Of a stretch of 64,000 nucleotides of DNA, positions 13,454 through 28,259 are shown piece by piece. Each line of letters starts with the position of its first letter. Position 1 is the stretch's first letter. Source of the DNA: Eledone cirrhosa. Lineage: Eukaryota. The DNA lies in contig OZ024743.1 of assembly GCA_964016885.1 (NCBI GenBank), forward strand, positions 2,418,001 through 2,482,000. The letters are read 5' to 3'. The notes under the pieces were generated by a model. The model made no database searches and had not been told where the DNA came from. It saw only the letters and a program-made list of their open reading frames with translations. Position numbers and translations under genes: made by a program.

Positions 13454-14153
13454 ACGTATACCTTCCTGCCAGATGATTGAACGTCTGAAAGTATATACTT
13501 TCCTTATGCATATTAACGGTTGAGCAGCCTAATTTGCATATCGAGTGAGTTAATCGGCCGGGCGCACCGAAAACGATAAACGGAAAAAATGAAACGAAAT
13601 TTCATTTCTCACTCTTAGTACGGCTGTTACTTAAATATAAGTATGTATATAAGCATTATAATTATTATAAGCATTATAATTATTATAAGTATTATAATAA
13701 ATGTTCGGTGAATCCATACGTACATATATATGTGTGCATGTATGTGTATATATATATATATGCATACTACTGTACGTCTGTATACATATATGTATGTACG
13801 TATGCATACTTAAATTTAAGTAACAGCCATACAGAGATTGAGAAATGAAATTTCGTTTCATTTTTTCCGTTTATCGTTTTCGGTGCGCCCAGCTGATTAA
13901 CTCACTCGATATGCAAATTAGGCTGCTCAGCCGTTAATATGCATAAGGAAAGTATATACTTTCAGACGTTCAATCATCTGACAGGAAGGTATACGTTGCT
14001 GACGATAGCTAATAAGCTTGAAACTAGTACAGCGTTCCTTTGTCAGTGTTGAACAAATGAGCAACGATGGTTGCTAGACACTGTACGGCTTAATTCGGGA
14101 TGTTTGTTTACAAACACACCGAGCATTATAATAAATGTTCGGTGAATCCATAC

Positions 14154-14220
<67 letters not shown>

Positions 14221-14288
14221 CATGTATGTATATATATATATACATACTACTGTACGTCTGTATACATATATGTATATACGTATACATA

Positions 14289-14290
<2 letters not shown>
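13454..14290 (+). mobile_element. ORF-less PLE-type/retrozyme-like unit (~434 nt period) with 5' inverted arm
   Basis: Inverted arm ~13454-13645 vs ~13805-13998; direct repeats ~13690-13810 and ~14123-14290; HHR at 13993. Confidence 0.75.
13993..14035 (+). ncRNA. Minimal type-I hammerhead ribozyme
   Basis: Same core as 2060-2102 (CTGACGA...GAAA-CTAG-TA). Confidence 0.85.
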
Positions 14291-14335
<45 letters not shown>

Positions 14336-14866
14336 AACCACCTATTTTTTATGTAAAATGCAAAATCAACTTCCTTCGTAACACATATTAGAAATGTAAA
14401 CAACTAATAATTGTAAATTATTTCTATTTCTATAATAATTATACTTGCACAATTATTAATCTATATAGATATTTATATACTTACAACCTATTGTAATGTA
14501 ATAAGATAAAATCTACTTACAACCATAATTCTTCATATAATCTAATTGATTATATATACAATATTATAACTCATAATATAGCTAAATAAATTTAAATTCT
14601 GGAATCATATTCCACTTTTCCTTTTAAATTAATGTAAACACAAGCTCTTCTTCCTTTTTCTTCTTCCTACTCATACATTTAAATTCTGCATAGCGTCTAA
14701 AATAACGGGGTTTTTTTCAGCCCTATACCTCTACCTCATTTGCATACTCATCTTAATAATTTGAAATATCTGACTTTTCTTCTCTTATCCCTTCACTATC
14801 CAAGGAAAACTTGAACCGTTAAGGTATCTTTTCTTGGTTATGTCAAAATTTCTAAAACAAAGTTTG

Positions 14867-14927
14867 TATTTTATCTGATGAAAGCGTACCAAAGTTTTGG
14901 TACCCTTGAAATATATATAATAGAATA
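14867..14927 (+). ncRNA. Type-I hammerhead ribozyme
   Basis: TATTTTAT-CTGATGA-AAGCGTACCAAAGTTTTGGTACCCTT-GAAA-TATATA-TA-ATAGAATA. Confidence 0.85.
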
Positions 14928-14993
14928 AATATGGTTTTATAAATATAGTTTCCATTTATTTAATATCATTGTATGTATATTTATATATATATA

Positions 14994-15074
<81 letters not shown>

Positions 15075-15239
15075 TATACACACAGAGAGAGAGGGGAGGG
15101 GAGAAATAGATAAATAAACAGATAGATAGATATGTTTCTTTATTAGACACGGGGGCACAAAAGAAGGGGACAAATACAAAGGGGGAAGTTTACATACAAT
15201 AAAAACGTGTAAAATATCACAAATGCAATTGAAAAGTTA

Positions 15240-18202
15240 ATCGATTTTCCGGGCGCCCGTGTCTGTAGAGCTTGTCTCGAACTGGTAGAGCTCCTCAGTA
15301 GCTCTGCCAGGCCAGGGACTTTTGGAAGTTGTCCATGGGTCCCGGGCGGAAGGTTCTACCGAACAGACTGGCCAGTTCGTCTTCCTCTACGCCTAGAGTT
15401 TCTCCGAGCGCGTCGTCGCACTTGCTGTGGACCAACCCTCTATAGAATGACGAAGTGGAGTCTTCACTGATCGCCGGGTCCGCCTGCCAGAGGGCTGTGA
15501 GCGCCTGAGCACATTCGATGTGCCAGTCGCCATTTTCCTCGGTCTTTACTTGACCCAGGACTGCAGCTCGGTCAGCGAGACGAGTCGTGGGAATGCTCAC
15601 CTCACGAACGGAGCCCACACCGGTTGTCTGGTGAGGAATGCGTGGAGGTGCCGCAGCCTGAGCGCGTGTTTGCGCATCGTCAGCCACGGCATCGCCAGCC
15701 CTCCGTTTGAAGAGTGTTGGCAGCAGATGGATCTTCTCACCAAAGGAGCCCGCTTCTTCCAAAGGAATTGGAAGAGCGCGCGCTCCATTTTGGTGAGCGT
15801 TTTGGCTGGACAAGGCATGCCGGTCAAGCGGTAGTAGATGGCGGACGCTATAAAAGTGTTCGCCACCTCCGCTCGACCTTTCAAGGATAGTTTGCTCTCG
15901 GCCCACTTCTGGGTGAGTGCAAACACCTTTTCCGTCACTTCGTTCCAGTTCTTCTCCACCTGGAGGTCCGGACCAAACCAGACCCCGAGCAGCTTTACCG
16001 GTCCTTCCGTCCAGCATCCGACGACGCCATCGTAAAGCATCGGTCTGCCTCTCCACGATCCGAGTTGCAAACCGATGGACTTGTCCCGGTTCAGCTTCGC
16101 TCCTGTGAACCTTTCGTATTCCTTCAGTAAGGTGCCAACTTCCTCGATTTGCGAGGTGCTCGACACCATTACTGTCACGTCGTCGGCGTAGGCCGACGCC
16201 CCTTTCCGCATTGACAGTTCCAGAGGGATGCCCTGCAATAGCTCCAACTTCCGCAGTAGTGGCTCGAGAGTCAGTACGTATAGAAGGGAGGAGAGAGGGC
16301 ATCCCTGTCGGATGGATCGCGTGATATGGAACGGCTCTGACAGGTAGCCGTTCATCTTGGCCCTTGCAGCAATCCAGCCCCTGAATACAGGTCTGAAGCC
16401 TGCGGCCTCGAGCACTGCATCCAGGTAACGATGGTCAACCCTATCGAAATCCTTAGACTGATCCAAGTTGATTAGGACCCCACCGAAGCCGGGTTTACAC
16501 CCTACCCTCTCTATGATGTATCGCATGAGGTGGAGGTTGTCGTGTATGGACCTGGTCGGGATTGCGTATGTCTGCGCTTCTCCCACCAGGTTTTCGACGA
16601 CAAGCGCCAGCCTCTTTGCCAACACCTTGGCCAAAATCTGTAACTCTGTGTTTAGCAGAGTTATGGGCCGGAAGTTGCCTATGTCATCCCCCTTATTCTT
16701 GTCCTTCCTGAATAGTGTGACTACGCCCCTAGTCACAGAAATGGGAATTCTCCCGGTCTGCTGCCAGTTGCAGTAGACCGCTTCCAGGAAACCGGAGAAC
16801 AAGTCCGGCATTGCTACGTAAAATTCGTAGGGTAGACCGTCGAGACCTGGAGATTTGCGTTTTCCGCATTGGCTCAGCGCGTCCCCTATCTCAGCGGCTG
16901 AAATCGGCTTTTCGCAGAACTTCGCCTCGCTGTCCGAGAGTCGCGGTAGGCCGTCGAGGTATGGACCGAAATCCATAGCCCCTCCCGGCGCCGCCCTGCC
17001 CGAACAGCTGAGAAAAGTGCCGCTGAAAGGCCGCGCACATCTGCTTCGGCTCACGTGTCACGCGTCAGTCTTGGTCCTCCAAAGACCGAATCGTGGACTT
17101 GTTGCCACTTTTTGCCTCCGTCACCCGGGCCCTGCTAACAGCTTTGGCTCCCTCCTTACTCAGAGCACGTATTTTGCTTCTGACAACGCAGCCCTCGTTC
17201 TTTGCGTCGAAGAACTGGTCCAAGGCCGTTCTCGTTGCTTCCACTTCTAATTGCTTCTTCTACTTTATCTGTCAGTTCCTTCTCGGTCCTATTACTATTT
17301 AACGCTAATTCTTCACTAAAAACTAACGAGTCTAATCTAACTGCTGTCTTGAGAGAGTACCACCATCTGTTGTTGACAGTGGCCCCTGTCAAGTGCTGTT
17401 TAACTAAAGTGCTAATCCGTCTACTGTAGGCTTTGCATGTCGGTAACGACAAGTTCAGCTTCCAGTAGCCGGGTCCTTGTCTATGGGTTCTATCAAGGTT
17501 GACCATGCTGGTCACTAGTTTGTGATCTGAATAGGCAACCATGAACATTTGTGGACAGCTTAACATGTCCCTATCTTCATTTCTAACTAGAACCCTATCT
17601 AGGTACGATCTAGATGTTCCGCCAAGATTAGTCCACGTCCACGGTGGCACAGTCAGAAAATCTAGTCGATATCTATCGGCCAGGTCAAATCGGCCGATTA
17701 ACTGTTTGAGGCTGTTACACCCCCCTTTATCAGGACATGCTCCCACATAGTCCCAACGTGCATCTAGGATTCCTTTCCAGTCCCCCACTAAAAGCAAGGA
17801 ACGGGACGTTCCCAGAAAAGTTTCTAGACGTTTGAAGAAGTCTGGCCGCGGTGTCCCGGATGGGACATATGCAGCCACCAGCCTGAAGGCTCCACCTTCA
17901 CTACCGTCAACGATTAGGACCACCAGTCGACCCTCCGGGTCCAGATGTATCGTCTGTGTTACGAGGTCCAGGTGTTTCCGCAGCAAAACGGCAACCCCGC
18001 CCCCACCTCCCGGCTGACAGAGAGATGCGTAGACCTCAAAGTCGTCAAAGATGGGGGCCAGCTGTCGCTCGCTGTGGATCCTGGACTCGCAAATTGCTAC
18101 TGCATCCATACTGTGCGATCTGAGGTCGTTTAAGAGTTTGCTCTGTTTCCAGGGCATCCCCAGGCCGCGTACATTCACACATCCAACTCTTATATTAGCC
18201 AT
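15240..18202 (-). pseudogene. LINE ORF2: APE endonuclease (17156-18202) and reverse transcriptase (15597-17054), frameshifted
   Basis: NVRGL, ICES, VGDW, YLDR, SDH, YWKLN; KSPGLDG, NFRPITLLN, LDQSKDFDRV, RQGCPLS, YADD; C-terminal LAWQSY*GALPVRDKL. Confidence 0.93.
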
Positions 18203-18217
18203 GTTGGTGCTGAAAAG

Positions 18218-20166
<1,949 letters not shown>

Positions 20167-20715
20167 GAACGAATGCAAAATTTTGTTTAGAAATTTTTTT
20201 TCACCGAAGAAATTTTTCAAACGAAAATTCCACCCCAGGCAAGGGTGAAGCTGAGTTGACCCACCGTCTGAAAGTCCAGGTGTGGGGTCAAGCTATAAAA
20301 TAGTATCAAATTTAACAATAAATTTTTGATTTCTTACTTAGAAAATCAACAAAAACTTACCAGCGAACTGGCACGCACACATCTGCAGATACAGATAGAT
20401 AGATAAATAGATAGATATGTATGTTTGTTATATGCACGTTCCACTGAGGAAGTTATTACTACCTCGGTTCGTCAATTCGACATATTTGTTATATATACAC
20501 ACAACCCACACACCTATATATATATATATACACACACACACAAACACGTACACACAGAGACAAACACTAACATATATGCACACACACACTAGTATCTTCG
20601 ATGTAGCAGGAAGCTTTTAGTATTAGAGGAGGAGGGGCGAGGAGATGTTAATATCTAAGTATATGAAATACAGTTACCTTCCTCAGCTCTGCATTTATTT
20701 CTTGATACACACACA

Positions 20716-20764
<49 letters not shown>

Positions 20765-20889
20765 CAACAACAACAAAGCGATACATACACACATTATTCA
20801 TCTGTCTTGAAATTAATAGCTTAACAGTGAAGTGTATAACATAATTTGTAATGTGTGGATATACATAGACGTACACACCCACAGCCACA

Positions 20890-21000
<111 letters not shown>

Positions 21001-21147
21001 TATTTTCCGTTGTGTTGTAATATAAATATTACACACAGTAGATTATCAGCTCACGTAGAGTTTGCTCGACGGTTCCAGTTGTAGTTCCAAAAGTAATCCG
21101 GAGAAAAATAGAAAGATTTGAATGGATACAGTTTAGTTGAAAGGAAT

Positions 21148-21267
21148 TTATTGACACGTGTTTCTATAACAGTTACATAACCTAAAACAGCTGCTATCTA
21201 CAAACTTTTAGTTATGCAGACATTCAATATTTCAATGTTATTATTTACTGTCATTTCATCAGAATAA
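21148..21267 (-). ncRNA. Type-I hammerhead ribozyme with extended stem II
   Basis: Inverted copy of 25175-25294. Confidence 0.75.
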
Positions 21268-21842
21268 TATTACTGAGGACCTATTTAGTTTTTATAGAGA
21301 ATATTAGGAGGGGGGGGGGGTGAAGTTGTTAGAAGAATAGTTGAAGGAGTGGTTTTTCGATAGCAGTGAGAATTCTTGGTGGCAGTGAGTAATTAGATTC
21401 CCATCTGTTGTTTTGACATTTTTTATAGAATATATTATTGGTTATTTTTCTAAATCTATAGAAGGATTAGAGATAGTAAAGATATGCGTGGTTGGTTTTG
21501 TGTTTGCACTTAATTAACATTCAGACTTAAATTTTTCTTTCAAGTGTAAGTATCCTTTCACACACGCATTCACACACAAATATATTTGCACACCTCTACA
21601 AAATACATATACTCACAATTCACATATTCATACTTACATATATATACACATGCATACACATATATATACACACATGTATTCATGTACATACATACGCGCT
21701 CATGTGTATACATTTTCATACTCAACTTATCTTTATATACACACGTATAGACACACACATATATACATACATACTCTAGTCCATGTGTACACACATACAC
21801 ATACATACACATCTATATACACACATATACATACACATATAT

Positions 21843-21919
<77 letters not shown>

Positions 21920-22308
21920 CATATACACACATATATACATATATATATATATATAAGCACTTTAATACATGAATACACTTACATCTAACTATACACATCA
22001 AACATATATATATATTTACTTATTTATATACATTTTCACATATATATACATACTTATGGACGTTTTTAGACACATTCATTATCACATATTTGCACCTATT
22101 CTCATCAGCATATCTTTCCATTATTAGTGTGGTAATTTAAGGTTATTAATATATGTTGAGAAGAGATTGTTTTTATATTTTTCTAACTAGATTAAGGTTT
22201 ATATAGTTGGGGGATGTCCCTCTTTTATGTAATATTCGGCTTGTAGTGGGAAAAAAGGGTTTTAGTTCTGTGACGGCAGAATAATGTTCGTTCAATTCTG
22301 TTATTCAG

Positions 22309-24242
22309 TTGCACTACATACAACAACTTCATTCGAAAAGAATTACATAAAAAATATAGAAAAACGAGTGAAGTAACCCTTAAGCACATCAATGATGAGG
22401 CATGCGAAATAGTGAAAAATCTCGGAATCGAAGATAGGACAGGACCACTCTTACCGGCGGTACCCACCTTCAATCTTAAGGACCACAAGGTAAACTTTGA
22501 TAATGACCCTAAAATTAGATTAATCTGCCCCTCTAAATCAGATATAGGTAAAATAAGCAAATATATCTTAGATAGAATCATCCCCCAAATTAAGGCTAAG
22601 GTTAACATTAAACTCTGGGGGAAGACCCAAGAAGCAATAAGATGGTTTAATAGCATTAGCAATAAGAATAAATCTAAGTTTATCCAGTTTGATATCGATG
22701 AATATTACTCATCGATATCACCTGAAACTTTGAATAGAGCCATTAAGTTTGCTAAGGATAACTCTGACCTTACAAACGATGAAATTAAGATTATATTAGA
22801 AGCTAGGAAAACTATAGTCAAATTTGAGAACAGTTATTGGGTACGTAAAGATAGACCCTCTAACTTTGACATAACAATGGGCTCTAACGATTCGGCGGAA
22901 ATAACTGATATTGTGGAGTTATTTATCGCCTTTAGACTCCAGGAAAAATTCAGCAATCTCCACGGCGGAATATACCGCGACGATGTTCTCCTCCTAGCTA
23001 AAAACCTTAATAACCAAAAACTAGAAAAACTACGCAAAGATATAAGAAAACTACTACTCGAAATAGGACTAACTATAACATATGAATACAACCTTAAAGT
23101 AGTTAACTTCCTGGATGTCACACTCAATTTCAACTCTGGTTTGATTAAACCGTTTCATAAATTGAATGAAAATCTCAAATACGTAAATGTTGGGTCTAAC
23201 CACCCCATCTCTATAATTAAATCTATCCCTAAAAATATTTCCCTTAGAATCTCGGGTCTATCTTCTAACATACAAGTATTTAAGGAACACGCCGAGTACT
23301 ACGATAACGCCCTTAGTAAAGCAGGCTACCTCAACAAAATAGAGTACATAGATGGGAACAATCAAAACACCCAAAATAAATCCCACATAGGTAGATATAA
23401 TAACACAACACCAAACCACACTTACTACCATAGTATGCACACCAGTAAACCAACAAACAAAACTAATAGAAAGCGATGCAAAGAGTACTTATGGTATAAC
23501 CCCGAATACAATAGTTCCATTAGTACAAATTTACCAGTACTCTTCTTTAAAATAATTAAAAGACATTTTCCCACATCACACAAATACCACAAAATCCTAA
23601 ACCCTACCACTATAAGACTGTCATACTCTACAGCGTTAAACCTTGAACAACACATAAAAAAGATCAATACTAGAAGGTTAAACGAAAACACTAAGAACTT
23701 AAGTACAAAGAACACAAAAAAAATCAGTAGACAATACGCTACAGAACATAAATAAACCACACCTAAGTTCGTCCGCAATACTACTCCAGAGAAAACCCAA
23801 CGTACACAACTGTAACTGCACCTATCCTGACAACTGCCCCCTCGGCAGTAACTGCCTGGAAAAAAATATTATTTATAAGTGTACCATTAAATCCGGAGGC
23901 AACGAGTGGTATTACGTGGGATCAACGGCAACATCGTTTAAATCTCGATTGTATAGGCATTCTTACTCAATAAAACACCAGAGCCAAAGAAATGTAACAA
24001 CTTTAGCAGAAAAAGCTTGGACGCTCAGGGATAACGATAAAAAGTTTACCCTAAAATGGGAGAAATTAGCTAAAACCCAAAGCTTTTCCAGGAGCCAAAA
24101 TTTCTGCAAATTGTGTAATCTTGAGATTTATTACATAATCACACACAAGAAGAAACTGCTGAATAACAGAATTGAACGAACATTATTCTGCCGTCACAGA
24201 ACTAAAACCCTTTTTTCCCACTACAAGCCGAATATTACATAA
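22309..24242 (+). CDS. PLE reverse transcriptase plus GIY-YIG endonuclease (single frameshift at the A8 run 23716-23723; N-terminus truncated)
   Basis: FDIDEYYSSI, MGSNDSAE, YRDD, FLDVTL, SNHP, WYNP; then CNCTYPDNCPLGSNCL, IIYKC...YVGST..FKSR, CKLCNLE, LLN, CRH. Confidence 0.92.
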
Positions 24243-24557
24243 AAGAGGGACATCCCCCAACTATATAAACCTTAATCTAGTTAGAAAAATATAAAAACAA
24301 TCTCTTCTCAACATATATTAATAACCTTAAATTACCACACTAATAATGGAAAGATATGCTGATGAGAATAGGTGCAAATATGTGATAATGAATGTGTCTA
24401 AAAACGTCCATAAGTATGTATATATATGTGAAAATGTATATAAATAAGTAAATATATATATATGTTTTATGTGTATAGTTAGATGTAAGTGTATTCATGT
24501 ATTAAAGTGCTTATATATATATATATATATGTATATATGTGTGTATATGTATGTATA

Positions 24558-24606
<49 letters not shown>

Positions 24607-25174
24607 GTGTATGTATATGTGTGTATATAGATGTGTATGTATGTGTATGTGTGTACACATGGACTAGAGTATGTATGTATATATGTGTGTGTCTATACGT
24701 GTGTATATAAAGATAAGTTGAGTATGAAAATGTATACACATGAGCGCGTATGTATGTACATGAATACATGTGTGTATATATATGTGTATGCATGTGTATA
24801 TATATGTAAGTATGAATATGTGAATTGTGAGTATATGTATTTTGTAGAGGTGTGCAAATATATTTGTGTGTGAATGCGTGTGTGAAAGGATACTTACACT
24901 TGAAAGAAAAATTTAAGTCTGAATGTTAATTAAGTGCAAACACAAAACCAACCACGCATATCTTTACTATCTCTAATCCTTCTATAGATTTAGAAAAATA
25001 ACCAATAATATATTCTATAAAAAATGTCAAAACAACAGATGGGAATCTAATTACTCACTGCCACCAAGAATTCTCACTGCTATCGAAAAACCACTCCTTC
25101 AACTATTCTTCTAACAACTTCACCCCCCCCCCTCCTAATATTCTCTATAAAAACTAAATAGGTCCTCAGTAATA

Positions 25175-25294
25175 TTATTCTGATGAAATGACAGTAAATA
25201 ATAACATTGAAATATTGAATGTCTGCATAACTAAAAGTTTGTAGATAGCAGCTGCTTTAGGTTATGTAACTGTTATAGAAACACGTGTCAATAA
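25175..25294 (+). ncRNA. Type-I hammerhead ribozyme with extended stem II
   Basis: TTATT-CTGATGA-(A)ATGACAGT...ACTGTTAT(A)-GAAA-CACGTG-TC-AATAA; GUC triplet. Confidence 0.8.
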
Positions 25295-25326
25295 ATTCCT
25301 TTCAACTAAACTGTATCCATTCAAAT

Positions 25327-25374
<48 letters not shown>

Positions 25375-25381
<7 letters not shown>

Positions 25382-25810
25382 TAACAAATGGAAACTATAT
25401 TTATAAAACCATATTTATTTCATTATACATATTTCAAGGACACCAAAGCAAATTATGGTGCGCTTTCATCAGATAAAATATAATATAGATCAGTTTTATA
25501 AACAAATATTGACATACCCTTAAAGAATGCAACCATGTCGGTTGGAAGCTCCCGATATGGTTGCATTCTTTAAGGGTATGTCAATATTTGTTTATAAAAC
25601 TGATCTATATTATATTTTATCTGATGAAAGCGCACCATAATTTGCTTTGGTGTCCTTGAAATATGTATAATGAAATAAATATGGTTTTATAAATATAGTT
25701 TCCATTTGTTAATATATTGTATTTTTACTCCAAAAATTTGTTGAGTGCTTTATATCAGTTATAAAAATATTTGCTTGTTGTATCCCAACAAATTAAATAT
25801 AACTTCTACA
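25375..25810 (+). mobile_element. Short PLE pLTR fold-back (~167-bp arms, ~10-nt loop) with two HHRs
   Basis: Arms 25375-25541 / 25552-25718; HHRs 25416-25480 (-) and 25613-25677 (+): TATTTTAT-CTGATGA...GAAA-TATGTA-TA-ATGAAATA. Confidence 0.85.
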
Positions 25811-26202
25811 TATATATATATATATATTCTGTCATTACCACAACAGAGGTCCGACGAGCTTTTGATTCCAGAGTGGGGCCAGATTGATGCTAATTAGTAG
25901 CGATATGCGCGTCACCATCCAATAAACGTAATGAAGGAGAAACCATTCGTCCTTGTAATCGGCAGTATCGGTAGAGGGTCGGACGCCATGCTTTCTAGCA
26001 TAGAGTTACGGCCCTTGCTATTCTGAGTTCAAATATGTTGTCTATCGTATCGACCCTTAGTAGCTGTTGCAGTGTTGTATTCAATTTATCGATCTATATT
26101 TGTCATGACACACCATAAATACATCCACACACACAAGTATCTATTATTGATGTATCTATATAACTTCTATGGTCTGCGTAAGAGTGTGAGAGAGAAGGAG
26201 AG

Positions 26203-26264
<62 letters not shown>

Positions 26265-26544
26265 GAGAAAGCGACACACATACATCCCCCACTACACTCA
26301 TATCCCCGCACTACACACATATCCCCCATACACACACATACACACACACACATACATACACACACATACACCAACACACATATGTAGAAGTTAGATTTCG
26401 GTTTTTGCGTGTACGTGCTAGGCGGCGATTGGTTGAGACGTTAAAAACCTCGGTGAGAATGATTTGCAGTATTCGTCGCGCTTCTCTGTGTTCGGAGTTC
26501 AAATATATAAACTGTGTTGTCAAGGATGGAACGTTTTTGAGAAT

Positions 26545-27015
26545 TGATGTGCGATTAAACAACAGTATTCTCACCATATGCCTGATACGTTAAAAACGTC
26601 TCTGATCATATATTTGATACATGAGAGATGATCTGGTATTAAACAATACTCGCAATAAGTGCCTGATATGTTAAAAATATCTTTGATCATATATATTTGA
26701 TACATGAGAGCTGATCTGAGATTAAACAGCAGTACTCTTACCGTGGGTTTCATATGTTATAAACATCTTTGGTTATATATTTGATACATAGGAGTTGATT
26801 TATCTGATGTTAAATAGTACTCTCGCCACATGTCTGATATGTTAAAAACGTCTCTGGTCATATATTTGATATATGAGAGTTGATCTGAGATTAAACAACA
26901 GTACTCTTACCGTGAGTCGCATATGTTGAAAACGTCTTTGATCATATATTTGATACAAGAGAGCCGATCTGGTGTTAAACAATAGTACCCTCACTGTGGA
27001 TTCCATGTATTAAAA
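26545..27015. repeat. Degenerate ~84-bp tandem repeat (~5.5 units)
   Basis: Recurring TTAAAAACGTCT..GATCATATATTTGATACA.GAGAG.TGATCTG at ~81-86 bp spacing. Confidence 0.85.
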
Positions 27016-27552
27016 GTTGTATTTCGCTCTACAGCGCCCGCCCGACACAATCATTTGTTTAAATATATACACATATATCCAATATAAGAAATTTATATTG
27101 GATATGAATAGGAATAGTTATTGAAAAGGTCACAGAATGTGTGACGAAAGAGCTTGGATGATCAAATATCACAGTAGAAGAACCACCTGTTACTGAACGA
27201 ACCAAGCAATGGATTAGTTACCTAACTAATAATTGTTTCTACTTTTGGTACAAGGCCAGCAATTACTGGTGCTTTATTTCATCGATCCCGTAAGAATTAA
27301 AGGCAAAGTTGACCTCGGCGGGATTTGAACTCATACCGTAAAGGGCCATAACTCTATGCTAAAAAGTTCTTATTGAGATTCAGCTTGACAAGGCTGGCCC
27401 TTTTGAATTACACGTACAACCTATCCAGAGCCTGTCACCTTCCTCTTCGCCTCCCATACTTATGTATTTTAAATATTTGTAGTGTTTTTCTAATCATTTT
27501 ATAGTCATTCATTCATTTAGTTACTCATTAGAAAATTGGTTGAAAAATAAAA

Positions 27553-28259
27553 GGAATAGGCTACGTAGCTGGTCCCGGCAAAATAAACAAACATGCTTTT
27601 TAAGCTTGTTTTACCGGTAAACCTTAAAGGGATGCAACTCTTGCCGGGGTCGCGGAAACTTATTTTACCACTAAATAATTGTTTCTACGTTTAGCACAAG
27701 GCCAGCAATTACTCAGTGCATTACTGGTACTTTATTTTATCGACCCCGTAAGGATGAAAGGCAAAGTTAACCTCGGCGGGATTTGAACTCAGAATGGCAA
27801 GGGCCGTAACTCTATACGTCAAAGCATGGCGTCCGACCCTCTACCGATACTGCCAATCCACTTCCCTTTTTTACCACTAAATAATAAATAGTGTTTTAGA
27901 ACCCAGGTAGTGACTACTATCTTTAACGCAGGTCGTGACTTTCTGCTAGAATCCTTAAGTCATATGGAACTCAGTAGATGTGTATGTAACTCAGTAGATG
28001 TGTGTGTAACTCAGTAGATGTGTGTGTATGTTACTAAAGTGTAACGTACGTTACGAATGGACGAAACACAAGCAGAGTTATAAGATGATGACAAAATGAT
28101 TTTAACTTGTTTTTTAACATTTAATGGTGGAAATGGAAAAGATTTCAAATTGTCTTAACAATTGTCTTAACTCGGGCCGCAACTCATGGTGTCTGACACT
28201 GTTACCGGCTAAATAGCCTGGGAGTCTATTTTACCGGGGCCGGCTACATAGCCTCTTCC
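27553..28259. mobile_element. Non-autonomous DNA transposon (TIRs) with a nested SINE
   Basis: TIR GGAA.AGGCTA.GTAGC.GG.CCCGG.AAAATA; SINE ~27680-27868 flanked by 17-bp TSD TTTTACCACTAAATAAT. Confidence 0.65.

Larger units (their letters stand above)
21112..25330 (+). mobile_element. Penelope-like retroelement (Naiad/Neptune-like), 5'-truncated, with inverted pLTR
   Basis: Inverted arms 21112-22308 / 24159-25330; RT plus GIY-YIG between them; HHRs in both arms; (TA)n flanks. Confidence 0.93.

Noticed and set aside
22309-24242. Selenoprotein-type PLE (in-frame UGA plus SECIS, as reported for some Naiads)
   Set aside because: Conserved Cys codons are TGT/TGC in the EN copies read; no in-frame TGA at Cys positions and no convincing SECIS seen
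26545-27015. C2H2 zinc-finger array (84 bp = 28 codons)
   Set aside because: No CxxC...HxxxH pattern in the frames examined; stops and indels present
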